From IMG/VR virus record IMGVR_UViG_3300022752_003639, positions 74,458 to 138,457 of that record: 64,000 bases of DNA. One strand, written 5' to 3'. Source of the DNA: a virus. Positions 55,124 to 64,000 of this stretch are shown one piece after another (position 1 is the stretch's first letter; the number at the start of each line of letters is the position of its first letter). The translations under genes and the position numbers were made by a program. The notes below the pieces were generated by a model, which did not search any database, was not told the origin of the DNA, and saw only the letters and a list, made by a program, of their open reading frames with translations.

Positions 55124-58100
55124 GTACTTGTTTTTCTCATAAGTTTATCTAAAGGACTTAATCCACTAGTAACACTGCCGAACTTTGAAGTCACAGATCC
55201 TGTAAGATTTTGGTCTACTATATTAGGTAATCCTGTAAGTGAAGATAAATTATTTCTTGCTGATTGCAATTTGTCAGCTATAATATTTCTGTCAATAGGA
55301 AGATTTGCACTGGCTGATACATAAGCTTCATCTATAAGCGATTGTCCTGGCTCTGGGGCAGTTGTATACGGGGCTATAGGAGGTAGGTTTGCTATTTTAC
55401 TACTCGGAAGATAATCTAATATTATACCTTGGTTAGCAGCTTTTTCTAGATCAACATTATCAGGCATATTAGTTGCTAGTGATTTTAGCTGATCTGTAAT
55501 TTTTCCTGTGAAATTACTCATGCCACTTAGTTTAGTAGCATCTAATCCAGCTCTAGCTGAAATATTAAAAGGATCCGTAGTAGGTGCAGTAAGTCCTTGT
55601 AACTGTTCACCTACTCCGCTTATTAACCTAGCCGCATCTTGCCCTATGCTCATAGCACTATCAATAGCAGAACTTCCTAAATTTTTTACCGAACTTACAA
55701 CATCAGTAATGGCACCGCTGGGGTTTGTGAAATTGCTTATACCTAATCCTTGTTTGGCTTGGTTAGAAGTTAATTCGCTAGGATCAACAAAATCATTTGT
55801 AAGTTTGACGGTGGCACCTTCTCCTATACCAGATCCTTGATTAGACTTATTTAAAGCATTTGAAAGTGCAGTTCCTAATAATCCGCCTGCAATCACACCG
55901 GCCGCACGTTTTAATGGTACGTTTCCTGTGACAACATTAGAAGCAGCAGCAACTAATGCCGCGCTGGTTAAACTAGATTTGTTAAGGTCAAATAGTCCGC
56001 TGGTATTTAATCTCATATTACTAGCTATATCTGAAACTGGTAAAGGTTGCCCTATAGTTTGAGAAATTATAGGTACTCCTGTGGCGATCACTGAACTGGG
56101 ATCATTTATTGCATTCATAACATAACTTGCAGAAGCTAGTCCAGGTGTTTGTACCAATAAACTAGGTTCAGCACCGCCTAACCCACCGACTGTTCCTGTA
56201 TAATTGCTTGGTTCTCCAGGTTCTCCAGGATTAGGTAATCCCCTATCTAAAACTTCTGCAACAGATTCTGAACTTGCTCTGCGACTATTAACATCTATGT
56301 TAGCAGTATCTACTACAGGTACAGCAGAGGGATTAGGTTTAGTCAACACCGCATCGGCTGGATCAGTTATAGGAACATTCTGATCTAATATTTGCCCATT
56401 GAACCTCATTATTTCTAAAACCTGTTTAAACAAACCATCCTTGAATGTACTTTTTGCTTTCAAAACTCTATATATGCCACTGAAAGGAATTCTATTAGGA
56501 TCAAACTCCATCATTCCAGTTTCCGGATTTATATCAACAGGATTTCTAAAAGTTATTCCAATTAGTACCTCCATGTACTGATAAGCAGCTTCTCCGTCTT
56601 TTGTCTCTACAGCATTTTTTAATTTAGGATTGTAATTTCCCATGCCACCTGTTACAAGGTAAAAAGGATCTCCTAATATTTCAATTTCACCTTTTAACAA
56701 TGCAGATTTAGAATTAATTACAGCATCATGCATGGCCCTGGCCATGTTTGAATATGGATCATGTGTTGGTTGCAAAGCATTACCGCCAGTAGCCTGTGTA
56801 TCAATATTTGTTGCTCTAGTTGGCGGTAAAGGTACCTGGTGTTCTTTTTGTTGGTCAGGTGTTGTTCCTTTTGCCTGTATAGTATTTTCACCATTCTTAC
56901 TAGCAGTTCCCTTGTTGCTAGGAGATTCTTTATTGCCCATAGCAGGTGGTACCGCTTCAAAAAACAAATAATTAAAGTCTAACTTAAAATTTAATATTTC
57001 TGTATTCAACCCAGTATATAGATAATTGTATTCTCTTCGTACTAATTTTTTTAATTTTTTCTCTTCATAAGGCTCACTACCAAATGGAGGTATTCTACTA
57101 ATATGAACTTTGTAGGGTGTGACCACATAAGTGTATTTTTTAAATGGCTCTTTTGATACTTCGCTTATTTTTTCTAAATTTTCAACCTCAATGTTTACAG
57201 CAAAATACTCAACCATGCCATAGTCGTCAATTTTTTTACCTGCTTTTAAACCTTTTAAAATGTCTTTAACATAATTACTGTCTCTTATAATCGCAGTGAT
57301 CACATTATCAACAGTTGCACCTTCATTAAATTGTATGACTGTTTTTCCTGGAGTATATGGTACTCTACTATCACCTTCATTTTTAGGTTTTTGACCTTTA
57401 TACGCATTTCGTTTTGTACTTTCTTCGGGAGCCACCATTTTAAACAAATTATTATTCTTAGCTATATCAGTGAGTATACTCCCTGCTATTTCATTTTCAG
57501 GTGTATCTATCCAACCTTTCTCTAAATCTTTGCTAGGAAACTTTATATCATATATATCTGTAGTTTCAAAATTATGAGTGGCTAACCCAGCAGGATCGGC
57601 CCCAGGGTTTACGCTACTAGCCTGTTTAGTAAGATTATCCATGAAATCTTTTAAGATCTCTTTTACAGTAGACCCTGCCATCTTAATAGGCTTTTTAATC
57701 ACATTCGATTCGCCTGCCGCTCTATCATTTACAGGCATAGCTGATACTTTATACCTTGTTCCTTTTTCAGTAATTTCTATTGTGCATTTTGTAATGATTA
57801 TTGGATAATATCTTGTCGATTCTGGTACCGTCTCTGATTCTGGCAAATCTTGATCATCAGGGTATCCTACGAATTCTAATTTTAAAACAAACGGTGTACT
57901 GAGGTAACTGGTATATCCTGTGGCAATAGCGGTAACATGAAGAGCTTCTAAAAATCCATTTATACTATAAGGTTCAACAACATCAAACGTAATTTTAGTA
58001 GGTTTGCTTAAATTTCCCCCTTCTTCATTCGCAACCATAAGACTTTCGATATATACATTCTCAATAAACATATCGAATCTTCCTGGACTATTGGCATTGA

Positions 58101-58563
58101 ATCCTGATATTAAATCTTTATTATTAGATTTTAGTTTTTCAACATTCTTTATATTATTTTCAGTTACGCTTGAACCAACAGTAGGATCATTGGCTAAATC
58201 ACTTTGAACTGTTGCCGATTGAGCGTTGGTAACATCACTAGGAGGTACTATGCCTTGAAATCCTTTACCTCCAGATTTTATTATTACGTAATCTAATTCA
58301 GATACTCTATACTTACTAGGGTCTTTTAAATATTCTTTTTGTATGCCTGCTAGTGTGAAGTTATATGTATAAGATCTAAAAGCATGAAGTACATTAACTT
58401 CGCCTGTACCTTCTACCGTGGTTTTACTTGTTGATGTAGAATCAAATTGAGTTTTTGACGCAGAAGTGACTAAACTTTCCTCTACTTGAGAATTCTTTGC
58501 GTCAACTTCTTGGGAAACTCTTTCTAGATTTTCACTTTGGTTAACTGGCGCAGATGTTGTCAT
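55120..58563 (-). CDS. Baseplate hub-like protein (gp27-like) with long low-complexity C-terminus
   Basis: NVLHAFRSYTYNF, EILGDPFYL and FSGIYRV; sits between the gp53-like and gp5-like genes. Confidence 0.65.
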   Translation of the reverse strand: MTTSAPVNQSENLERVSQEVDAKNSQVEESLVTSASKTQFDSTSTSKTTVEGTGEVNVLHAFRSYTYNFTLAGIQKEYLKDPSKYRVSELDYVIIKSGGKGFQGIVPPSDVTNAQSATVQSDLANDPTVGSSVTENNIKNVEKLKSNNKDLISGFNANSPGRFDMFIENVYIESLMVANEEGGNLSKPTKITFDVVEPYSINGFLEALHVTAIATGYTSYLSTPFVLKLEFVGYPDDQDLPESETVPESTRYYPIIITKCTIEITEKGTRYKVSAMPVNDRAAGESNVIKKPIKMAGSTVKEILKDFMDNLTKQASSVNPGADPAGLATHNFETTDIYDIKFPSKDLEKGWIDTPENEIAGSILTDIAKNNNLFKMVAPEESTKRNAYKGQKPKNEGDSRVPYTPGKTVIQFNEGATVDNVITAIIRDSNYVKDILKGLKAGKKIDDYGMVEYFAVNIEVENLEKISEVSKEPFKKYTYVVTPYKVHISRIPPFGSEPYEEKKLKKLVRREYNYLYTGLNTEILNFKLDFNYLFFEAVPPAMGNKESPSNKGTASKNGENTIQAKGTTPDQQKEHQVPLPPTRATNIDTQATGGNALQPTHDPYSNMARAMHDAVINSKSALLKGEIEILGDPFYLVTGGMGNYNPKLKNAVETKDGEAAYQYMEVLIGITFRNPVDINPETGMMEFDPNRIPFSGIYRVLKAKSTFKDGLFKQVLEIMRFNGQILDQNVPITDPADAVLTKPNPSAVPVVDTANIDVNSRRASSESVAEVLDRGLPNPGEPGEPSNYTGTVGGLGGAEPSLLVQTPGLASASYVMNAINDPSSVIATGVPIISQTIGQPLPVSDIASNMRLNTSGLFDLNKSSLTSAALVAAASNVVTGNVPLKRAAGVIAGGLLGTALSNALNKSNQGSGIGEGATVKLTNDFVDPSELTSNQAKQGLGISNFTNPSGAITDVVSSVKNLGSSAIDSAMSIGQDAARLISGVGEQLQGLTAPTTDPFNISARAGLDATKLSGMSNFTGKITDQLKSLATNMPDNVDLEKAANQGIILDYLPSSKIANLPPIAPYTTAPEPGQSLIDEAYVSASANLPIDRNIIADKLQSARNNLSSLTGLPNIVDQNLTGSVTSKFGSVTSGLSPLDKLMRKTST

Positions 58564-58856
58564 TAAATATCTCTAAATTTTTTAATAGTAGATAATTTAG
58601 GCAGATAAATTTTTATTCCTGCTTGAAAATCAAAAACAGGGTCTTTTAAAACTTGTTTGTTTCTTGCTGCGAATACCCACCATAGATTAGAGTCTTTATA
58701 CAAATCATTTGCAAGAAGGTCAGGCCTATTGTCATACGTATTAGTAATTGTAAATAATATATCATCTGTTTCTTTAGGAAAAGAAGTAGTTTGAATAACA
58801 TCTAAGTATCCATTCACTATTTGAGTATTATAATAAGGGCTAGATTTGCTATACAT
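58563..58856 (-). CDS. Baseplate wedge gp53/LysM-like protein
   Basis: RPDLLANDLY...LWWVFA...DP...F..G..IYLP. Confidence 0.8.
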   Translation of the reverse strand: MYSKSSPYYNTQIVNGYLDVIQTTSFPKETDDILFTITNTYDNRPDLLANDLYKDSNLWWVFAARNKQVLKDPVFDFQAGIKIYLPKLSTIKKFRDI

Positions 58857-59674
58857 TATAAGTAACCTCTACCTACCAGACCATTGTTTAAATATTTCAC
58901 AACACTAAAGTCTTGCATTTCTCCACGACTATACATAGGTGTTAATGTTATATTAAGAGTGCTTATAACAGGAACTGATGTAGCTTCATACACTCCGGGC
59001 ACTCCAGGAAATGTAAAATAATCTATATTATCAGGTAATTCAATCCTAAATTGAGATACCGCCACTGGAATATTTTCAAAAATCATTTCCCCGTAAGCAT
59101 CAAATCGACAAACCGGAGGAGGGCTTCCTGAATCTGGATCACCAGTCATACCACCAAATCTCATTTTTGTCAAGGATCTGAGCAGGTGTATTGTACTAAC
59201 AAAAACCTGTGCATCATCTATATTTTGTACTGAAAATTTACCAACGATTGAAATATTTCCAATACTACTCTTATTGTAAAAATTTATCGGAAAATTAGAA
59301 TGAGTAGGAGTTATTGACTGATATTCTGCTTTATGTTCTATTTGAATCTGTGGTGTATAAGGAAAAACAATACCACCTAACCTTATCAACGCATCGTTAT
59401 GTCCTCCTTTGGTTACTGCCGTTAGATACTTAATAGGAACACGTAGTTTAGCCCTTAGGTCTTTACCCTGATCATTGCCGAATATATCTCTTAATAATAC
59501 AGTAGGTGGAGCTGGTGGGACTGGATGGGCTCCATCTGGTACACCATTTAATCTGACCGCTTCCATTCCGCCATCAGGCCCAGGTCGACTGGCTACTTTC
59601 TGTAAAACAGCAGCATCGCCGGTACCGGGATTAGCGTAAGAATTGTCTGTATGATCTATATATCCATCGCCCAT
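58856..59674 (-). CDS. Tail tube initiator-like protein (gp48/gp54-like)
   Basis: FPYTPQI, PTHSNF and GSPPPVCRFDAYG. Confidence 0.7.
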   Translation of the reverse strand: MGDGYIDHTDNSYANPGTGDAAVLQKVASRPGPDGGMEAVRLNGVPDGAHPVPPAPPTVLLRDIFGNDQGKDLRAKLRVPIKYLTAVTKGGHNDALIRLGGIVFPYTPQIQIEHKAEYQSITPTHSNFPINFYNKSSIGNISIVGKFSVQNIDDAQVFVSTIHLLRSLTKMRFGGMTGDPDSGSPPPVCRFDAYGEMIFENIPVAVSQFRIELPDNIDYFTFPGVPGVYEATSVPVISTLNITLTPMYSRGEMQDFSVVKYLNNGLVGRGYL

Positions 59675-59694
59675 TTTAAAATCCTAATAAAGTA

Positions 59695-59701
59695 TATTTA
59701 C
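59695..59701 (-). promoter_or_regulatory. Late-type promoter motif GTAAATA for the baseplate operon
   Basis: Intergenic, about 20 nt upstream of ATG 59674. Confidence 0.5.
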
Positions 59702-59728
59702 CCAATAAATAAAATGCATTTTTAATGG

Positions 59729-59757
59729 TTGACTTCGCTTTTCTTCCCTGTTATAAT
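59729..59757 (+). promoter_or_regulatory. sigma70 promoter with extended -10
   Basis: TTGACT-17 bp-TATAAT with TGn. Confidence 0.85.
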
Positions 59758-59780
59758 TACTAAAAGGAATAAAAATAATA

Positions 59781-60689
59781 ATGACTCAAACAGTAAACCT
59801 TGTTGGTAAAAAAATAAAATATCTTAATAATCGCGATTTATTATCAGAAATCCATAAAAGCAAATGTAGTTTTTCTAGTTTTACCAAAAAAGAATTCAGT
59901 CAACATGATATAATTCTACCATCTCTCACAAAAGTAAACTTAAGAACCATAGCAGAAGCCAAAAGAAATCGTGCCAAAAGACTTAGTTTAGAAATATTTG
60001 TTGCTGCAAAAAATGCAGGAGACAAAAAAATTAAACTAGCAGATTGTGCGATTGACTACAAAACTATTTCAAAGCAAGATTTAGTATTTAGAATAATGAC
60101 ATTTGATCATATTCCGCTAGCTCCAGGAAGAAAAAAAACTACAAAAACCACAGCAGACAGTCATGATAAAGTAAACTTTCCTCCTTTTCAACATTGGAAA
60201 TTTGACGATTCCGAAGAATTGATCTGTGTAGGCAAGAGTCATTGGAAAGGCACAATATCCAAAGGTAAATTTTCTAAAGATCACGGACGTATTACAGAAA
60301 ATCTAGGACGTATGTTTTTAAAACTATCAGAACGATACGCTCAACGCAGTAACTGGCGTGGTTATACCTATGTTGAAGAAATGAAAGGTCAGGCTATCCT
60401 ACAATTAAGTCAGATTGGACTACAGTTTGACGAATCAAAATCGGAAAACCCATTTGCCTACTATACCGCTGCGGTAACAAATAGCTTTACTCGAATATTA
60501 AACATAGAAAAACGCAATCAAAACATACGCGATGATATGTTAGAAGATGCTGGTCTAACTCCTAGCATGACTAGGCAAAATCAGCACGAATTCAGTGAAG
60601 AAACCGCAAGACAAGCAGAATTATATAAAAACTTCAGACTACCAAAAAGTTCAAATGATATTGAAGAAGATGAAGAAGCTGAGGCTTGA
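59781..60689 (+). CDS. g55: Late-transcription sigma factor, T4 gp55-like
   Basis: YLNNRDLL, LGRMFLKLSERY...NWRGYTY..EM and FDESKSENPFAYYT; synteny 55-47-46. Confidence 0.88.
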   Translation: MTQTVNLVGKKIKYLNNRDLLSEIHKSKCSFSSFTKKEFSQHDIILPSLTKVNLRTIAEAKRNRAKRLSLEIFVAAKNAGDKKIKLADCAIDYKTISKQDLVFRIMTFDHIPLAPGRKKTTKTTADSHDKVNFPPFQHWKFDDSEELICVGKSHWKGTISKGKFSKDHGRITENLGRMFLKLSERYAQRSNWRGYTYVEEMKGQAILQLSQIGLQFDESKSENPFAYYTAAVTNSFTRILNIEKRNQNIRDDMLEDAGLTPSMTRQNQHEFSEETARQAELYKNFRLPKSSNDIEEDEEAEA

Positions 60690-60714
60690 CTTTAACTTTA
60701 CAAAATATTATACT
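60686..60714 (+). promoter_or_regulatory. sigma70 promoter
   Basis: TTGACT-17 bp-TATACT, followed by SD AGGAG. Confidence 0.75.
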
Positions 60715-60734
60715 TTAGGTAGGAGAAATATTTT

Positions 60735-61748
60735 ATGAACCTTTTTAAGAAGGTAGCAGCAATGACCGATATTCACTTCGGTCTCAAAAGCAATTCTGCA
60801 GTACACCTTCGTGATTGTGAAGAATTTGTAGACTGGTATATAGAAACTGCACAGGCCAACGATTGTGAAACTGGTATCTTTCTTGGAGATTGGAGTCATA
60901 ATCGTAATAGCCTTAATTTAGTTACTTTAGATACAAGTCTAAGGTGTTTAGAAAAACTAGGCAATGCTTTTGAGCAGTTCTTTTGGTTTCCTGGTAATCA
61001 CGATTTATACTACAAGGACAAGCGTAACATCCATAGCAGTGCGTTCGGTCGCCACATACCCGGCGTAACTGTTATAGACACTGTCACCACTCTAGGTGAT
61101 GTTACTCTTGTTCCTTGGTTAGTAGGGGACGAATGGCATACGATGAAAAAGGTCAAAAGCAAATATGTTTTCGGACATTTTGAATTACCGTTGTTCTATA
61201 TGAATGCTATGGTGCAAATGCCAGATACCGGCGAACTCAAAGCAGATGATTTCAACGGTCCGGATTATGTATTCAGTGGGCACTTTCATAAACGCCAGAG
61301 TAAAGGTATTGTTCATTATATAGGTAACGCCTTTCCCCACAACTTTGCAGATACTTGGGATGATGAACGAGGTATGATGATATTAAAGTGGGGAGGTAAA
61401 CCAGAATATCATAATTGGCCTGACGCTCCAAAGTATAGAACTATAAAGTTATCAGACCTTATTGATCAAAAAGACACCATAATGAAGAGTAAAATGTATC
61501 TAAAGGTAAATTTAGACATTGATATTAGTTTCGAAGAAGCTAATCTTATCAAGGAAACATTTACCAACGACTATGATATCAGAGAAATCAGTCTTATACA
61601 GGATAAAAACACTATTGAAGGCACGTATGAGGACAATCCTGATACACAGTTTGAGTCAGTCGATCAAATTGTTTCAGAACAATTAATTAACCTAGATCAA
61701 GGACAGTACGATAAAAAAATCCTACTGGAAATTTACAATAATCTATGA
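60735..61748 (+). CDS. g47: Recombination endonuclease subunit (gp47/SbcD/Mre11-like)
   Basis: TDIHFG, FLGD, GNHD, GHFE and SGHFH. Confidence 0.93.
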   Translation: MNLFKKVAAMTDIHFGLKSNSAVHLRDCEEFVDWYIETAQANDCETGIFLGDWSHNRNSLNLVTLDTSLRCLEKLGNAFEQFFWFPGNHDLYYKDKRNIHSSAFGRHIPGVTVIDTVTTLGDVTLVPWLVGDEWHTMKKVKSKYVFGHFELPLFYMNAMVQMPDTGELKADDFNGPDYVFSGHFHKRQSKGIVHYIGNAFPHNFADTWDDERGMMILKWGGKPEYHNWPDAPKYRTIKLSDLIDQKDTIMKSKMYLKVNLDIDISFEEANLIKETFTNDYDIREISLIQDKNTIEGTYEDNPDTQFESVDQIVSEQLINLDQGQYDKKILLEIYNNL

Positions 61749-63532
61749 CATTTAAAATACAAAATCTCATTGTGAAAAATTTTATGTCGGTGGGAAATAT
61801 TTCACAGGCTGTAGATTTCAATAGAGAACAACTTACTCTGGTGCTTGGCAGCAACCTCGATCTTGGCGGTGACGACACTGGTAGCCGAAACGGCACAGGT
61901 AAAACCACAATCATCAATGCACTAAGTTATGCCTTATACGGACAGGCACTAACAAACATTAGAAAAGAAAATTTAATTAACAAGATCAACGGTAAAAATA
62001 TGTTAGTAACCGTTGAATTTATTAAACACGGTATTCATTACAAAATTGAACGTGGTCGTAAACCTAATATTCTTAGATTCTTTGTTAATCATCAGGAAGT
62101 TGAAGATCACTCAAAGTCAGAAGACGAGGCTCAAGGCGACAGCAGAGAAACACAAAAGGCCATTGACGAGTTATTGAATATGAGTCATACCATGTTCAAA
62201 CATCTTGTAGCTCTAAATACCTATACAGAACCATTCTTGGCCATGAAGGCTGCTGACCAACGAGAAGTGATTGAACAATTATTAGGTATAACCATACTTT
62301 CAGAAAAAGCAGAACGTCTCAAACAAGAAATCAAAGATACTAAAGATCAAATACAACAAGAAACGTATAAAATTGAAAGTATTAAGACAGCTAACGAAAA
62401 TGTTCAAAAAAGTATTAACAGTATTGAATTAAAAAGTTCTGCTTGGGAAAATAAACACGATCAAGAATTAGAATCATTAGGTCGTGCAATTGTAAGTTTA
62501 GAATCCGTGGACATCGAAGCTGAACTAGTTGCTCATCAGGCATTAAAGACATGGCTAGATAATGATAAAAAACTAACTGGATTAAGAAAACAACAGGCTA
62601 CTCTTGAAAATGCTGTGATGCAGGCAGAAAAAACTGTTAAAAAATATTCAGAAGAATTAGAAAAATTAAAAGATCATAAGTGTCATGCCTGCGGTGAAAA
62701 GCTACACGATAAAAAATATAAAGAAATGTTAGGCGAAGCATTGAAACATAAAGAAGAAGCAGAAACCTATGCTCTAAAAGTTATCAATGATCTTGGCCTA
62801 ATTGTCAATGAGATTGAACCCATAGTCAGGCAACCTAAGAAACCAGATACATTCTATGAGACAGAAGCAGAAGCATTAGGTCATAAAAACAACTTGGCTA
62901 ACTTAGAAAAAAATCTACTAGAAAAGGCCAACGAATCTAATCCATATGCAGAACAAATTGACGAACTAAAAGCCAGTGCCATTCAAGAAATAGACTGGAC
63001 CAAAGTAAATGAATTAACAAAACTTAAAGATCATCAAGAATTTTTACACAAATTGTTAACGAATAAAGATAGTTTCATACGCAAACGTATCATAGATCAA
63101 AATCTAACATATTTAAACAAAAGATTAACCTACTATATTGACCGACTTGGACTTCCACATAAAGTTGTCTTCCAAAATGATTTAAACGTTGAAATCACTC
63201 AGCTTGGACAAGAATTAGACTTCGATAATTTAAGTAGAGGAGAACGTAACAGACTGATATTGTCAATGAGTTTTGCGTTTAGAGATGTTTGGGAAGGCCT
63301 TTATCAAAGCATTAATCTGTTGTTTATTGACGAATTAGTAGATGCGGGCATGGACTCAGCAGGTGTTGAGAGTGCTTTAGCAGTTCTTAAGAAGATGTGT
63401 AGAGAAAGAAACAAGAACATTTACCTAATCAGTCATAAAGATGAGCTAATCGGACGTGTGAATAATGTTCTTAGAGTTATAAAAGAATCAGGGTTTACTT
63501 CTTATTCAAACGATGTAGAGTATGTCGACTAA
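61745..63532 (+). CDS. g46: Recombination ATPase (gp46/SbcC/Rad50-like)
   Basis: NGTGKTT, zinc-hook CHAC, LSRGE signature, LFIDE and ISH. Confidence 0.95.
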   Translation: MTFKIQNLIVKNFMSVGNISQAVDFNREQLTLVLGSNLDLGGDDTGSRNGTGKTTIINALSYALYGQALTNIRKENLINKINGKNMLVTVEFIKHGIHYKIERGRKPNILRFFVNHQEVEDHSKSEDEAQGDSRETQKAIDELLNMSHTMFKHLVALNTYTEPFLAMKAADQREVIEQLLGITILSEKAERLKQEIKDTKDQIQQETYKIESIKTANENVQKSINSIELKSSAWENKHDQELESLGRAIVSLESVDIEAELVAHQALKTWLDNDKKLTGLRKQQATLENAVMQAEKTVKKYSEELEKLKDHKCHACGEKLHDKKYKEMLGEALKHKEEAETYALKVINDLGLIVNEIEPIVRQPKKPDTFYETEAEALGHKNNLANLEKNLLEKANESNPYAEQIDELKASAIQEIDWTKVNELTKLKDHQEFLHKLLTNKDSFIRKRIIDQNLTYLNKRLTYYIDRLGLPHKVVFQNDLNVEITQLGQELDFDNLSRGERNRLILSMSFAFRDVWEGLYQSINLLFIDELVDAGMDSAGVESALAVLKKMCRERNKNIYLISHKDELIGRVNNVLRVIKESGFTSYSNDVEYVD

Positions 63533-63818
63533 AGAGATAAACAAATATAACGAAATGTATAATGAACTCGTTGAAGCGTTTGTGAAACTTCACAATGCCA
63601 ATATGGGCTTCCAGAATTTTCAAGGAAGAGACAAAGGTAATGCAGTTCGTAGGGAGTTAAGAACATTTCATCAAGTTGCCAGAGCCCTGATCATACAGTG
63701 CAAACGTGTATGTGCTGAAGGTGAGGCTAATCGAAAAATGGAAATGAGAAGAAAAAGAGAAGCAAAGAGGGCAAGATTACAACAAAATGTGGCTGTATCA
63801 GGGGAAGGAAATAAATGA
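63522..63818 (+). CDS. Small basic helical protein (possibly Hc1/histone-like)
   Basis: KGNAVRRELR pattern and basic C-terminus. Confidence 0.45.
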   Translation: MSTKEINKYNEMYNELVEAFVKLHNANMGFQNFQGRDKGNAVRRELRTFHQVARALIIQCKRVCAEGEANRKMEMRRKREAKRARLQQNVAVSGEGNK

Positions 63819-64000
63819 ACTACCAGAAACCTGTGTAGGATTCGTATACCTTATCACTAATACAGTCTCAGGCAAGCAGTATATAGGAAAAAAATTATCT
63901 AAATTTAGTAAAGTTACATATAAAACAGTAAAACTTAAAAACGGCACAAAGAAAAAGAAACGTATTAAATCAAAAATAGACTCAGACTGGCAGACATATT
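63787..64000 (+). CDS. GIY-YIG endonuclease (truncated by the window end)
   Basis: MWLYQGKEINELPETCVGFVYLITNTVSGKQYIGKK...DWQTY, read from ATG 63787. Not in the ORF track. Confidence 0.85.
   Translation, partial: MWLYQGKEINELPETCVGFVYLITNTVSGKQYIGKKLSKFSKVTYKTVKLKNGTKKKKRIKSKIDSDWQTY

Noticed and set aside
237-61917. Numerous short antisense or alternate-frame ORFs in the track (e.g. 4776-5093, 8041-8445, 25367-25711, 55508-55840)
   Set aside because: They are shadows of well-supported genes, with no RBS or recognisable motifs.
1-64000. Alternative genetic code (stop-codon recoding, as in some jumbo phages)
   Set aside because: Long genes, including the 4652-aa ORF, are intact in the standard code, and TAA, TAG and TGA all act as stops at gene junctions.
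1-64000. tRNA, rRNA or tmRNA genes
   Set aside because: Intergenic gaps are short and explained by promoters or terminators; no cloverleaf or T-loop consensus was seen.

Overview
This window is a gene-dense, AT-rich segment of a large T4-like (contractile-tail, probably jumbo) dsDNA phage genome, read in the standard genetic code. I saw no tRNA, rRNA or CRISPR array. From 1 to 26.5 kb the genes are almost all on the + strand. They include a modular head-protein-like ORF, a NodU-type carbamoyltransferase, family-B DNA polymerase and a clamp-like gene. Next comes a 7-deazaguanine DNA-modification neighbourhood (TGT/DpdA-like, QueD-like/DpdL-like, GT-B glycosyltransferase, cupin, GMP reductase, an inverted radical SAM gene, QueE). 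The block ends with an RNase H-like nuclease, a MoxR AAA/vWA pair, a DfrB-like protein and thyA. From 26.5 to 59.7 kb is a minus-strand tail/baseplate block (three paralogous fibre proteins, S8 protease, collagen-like fibre, a 4652-aa wedge protein, gp6/gp25/gp5/hub/gp53/gp48-54-like genes). From 59.8 to 64 kb are gp55, gp47, gp46 and a truncated GIY-YIG nuclease. Near-consensus sigma70 promoters and TAAATA late-type motifs partition the genes. Four signals stand out. (1) A complete dnaX-type -1 frameshift cassette adds 77 aa, missed by the ORF track, to a cassette-built and probably protease-processed head protein. (2) A 60-aa R67/DfrB-type (SH3-fold) DHFR homologue is translationally coupled to thyA, where T4 has its canonical DHFR. 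(3) A tandem, covarying hairpin/pseudoknot motif sits directly before the polymerase RBS. (4) The deazaguanine cluster carries extra tailoring enzymes that may make an undescribed hypermodified base. All protein assignments come from motif recognition by eye; no database searches were run.
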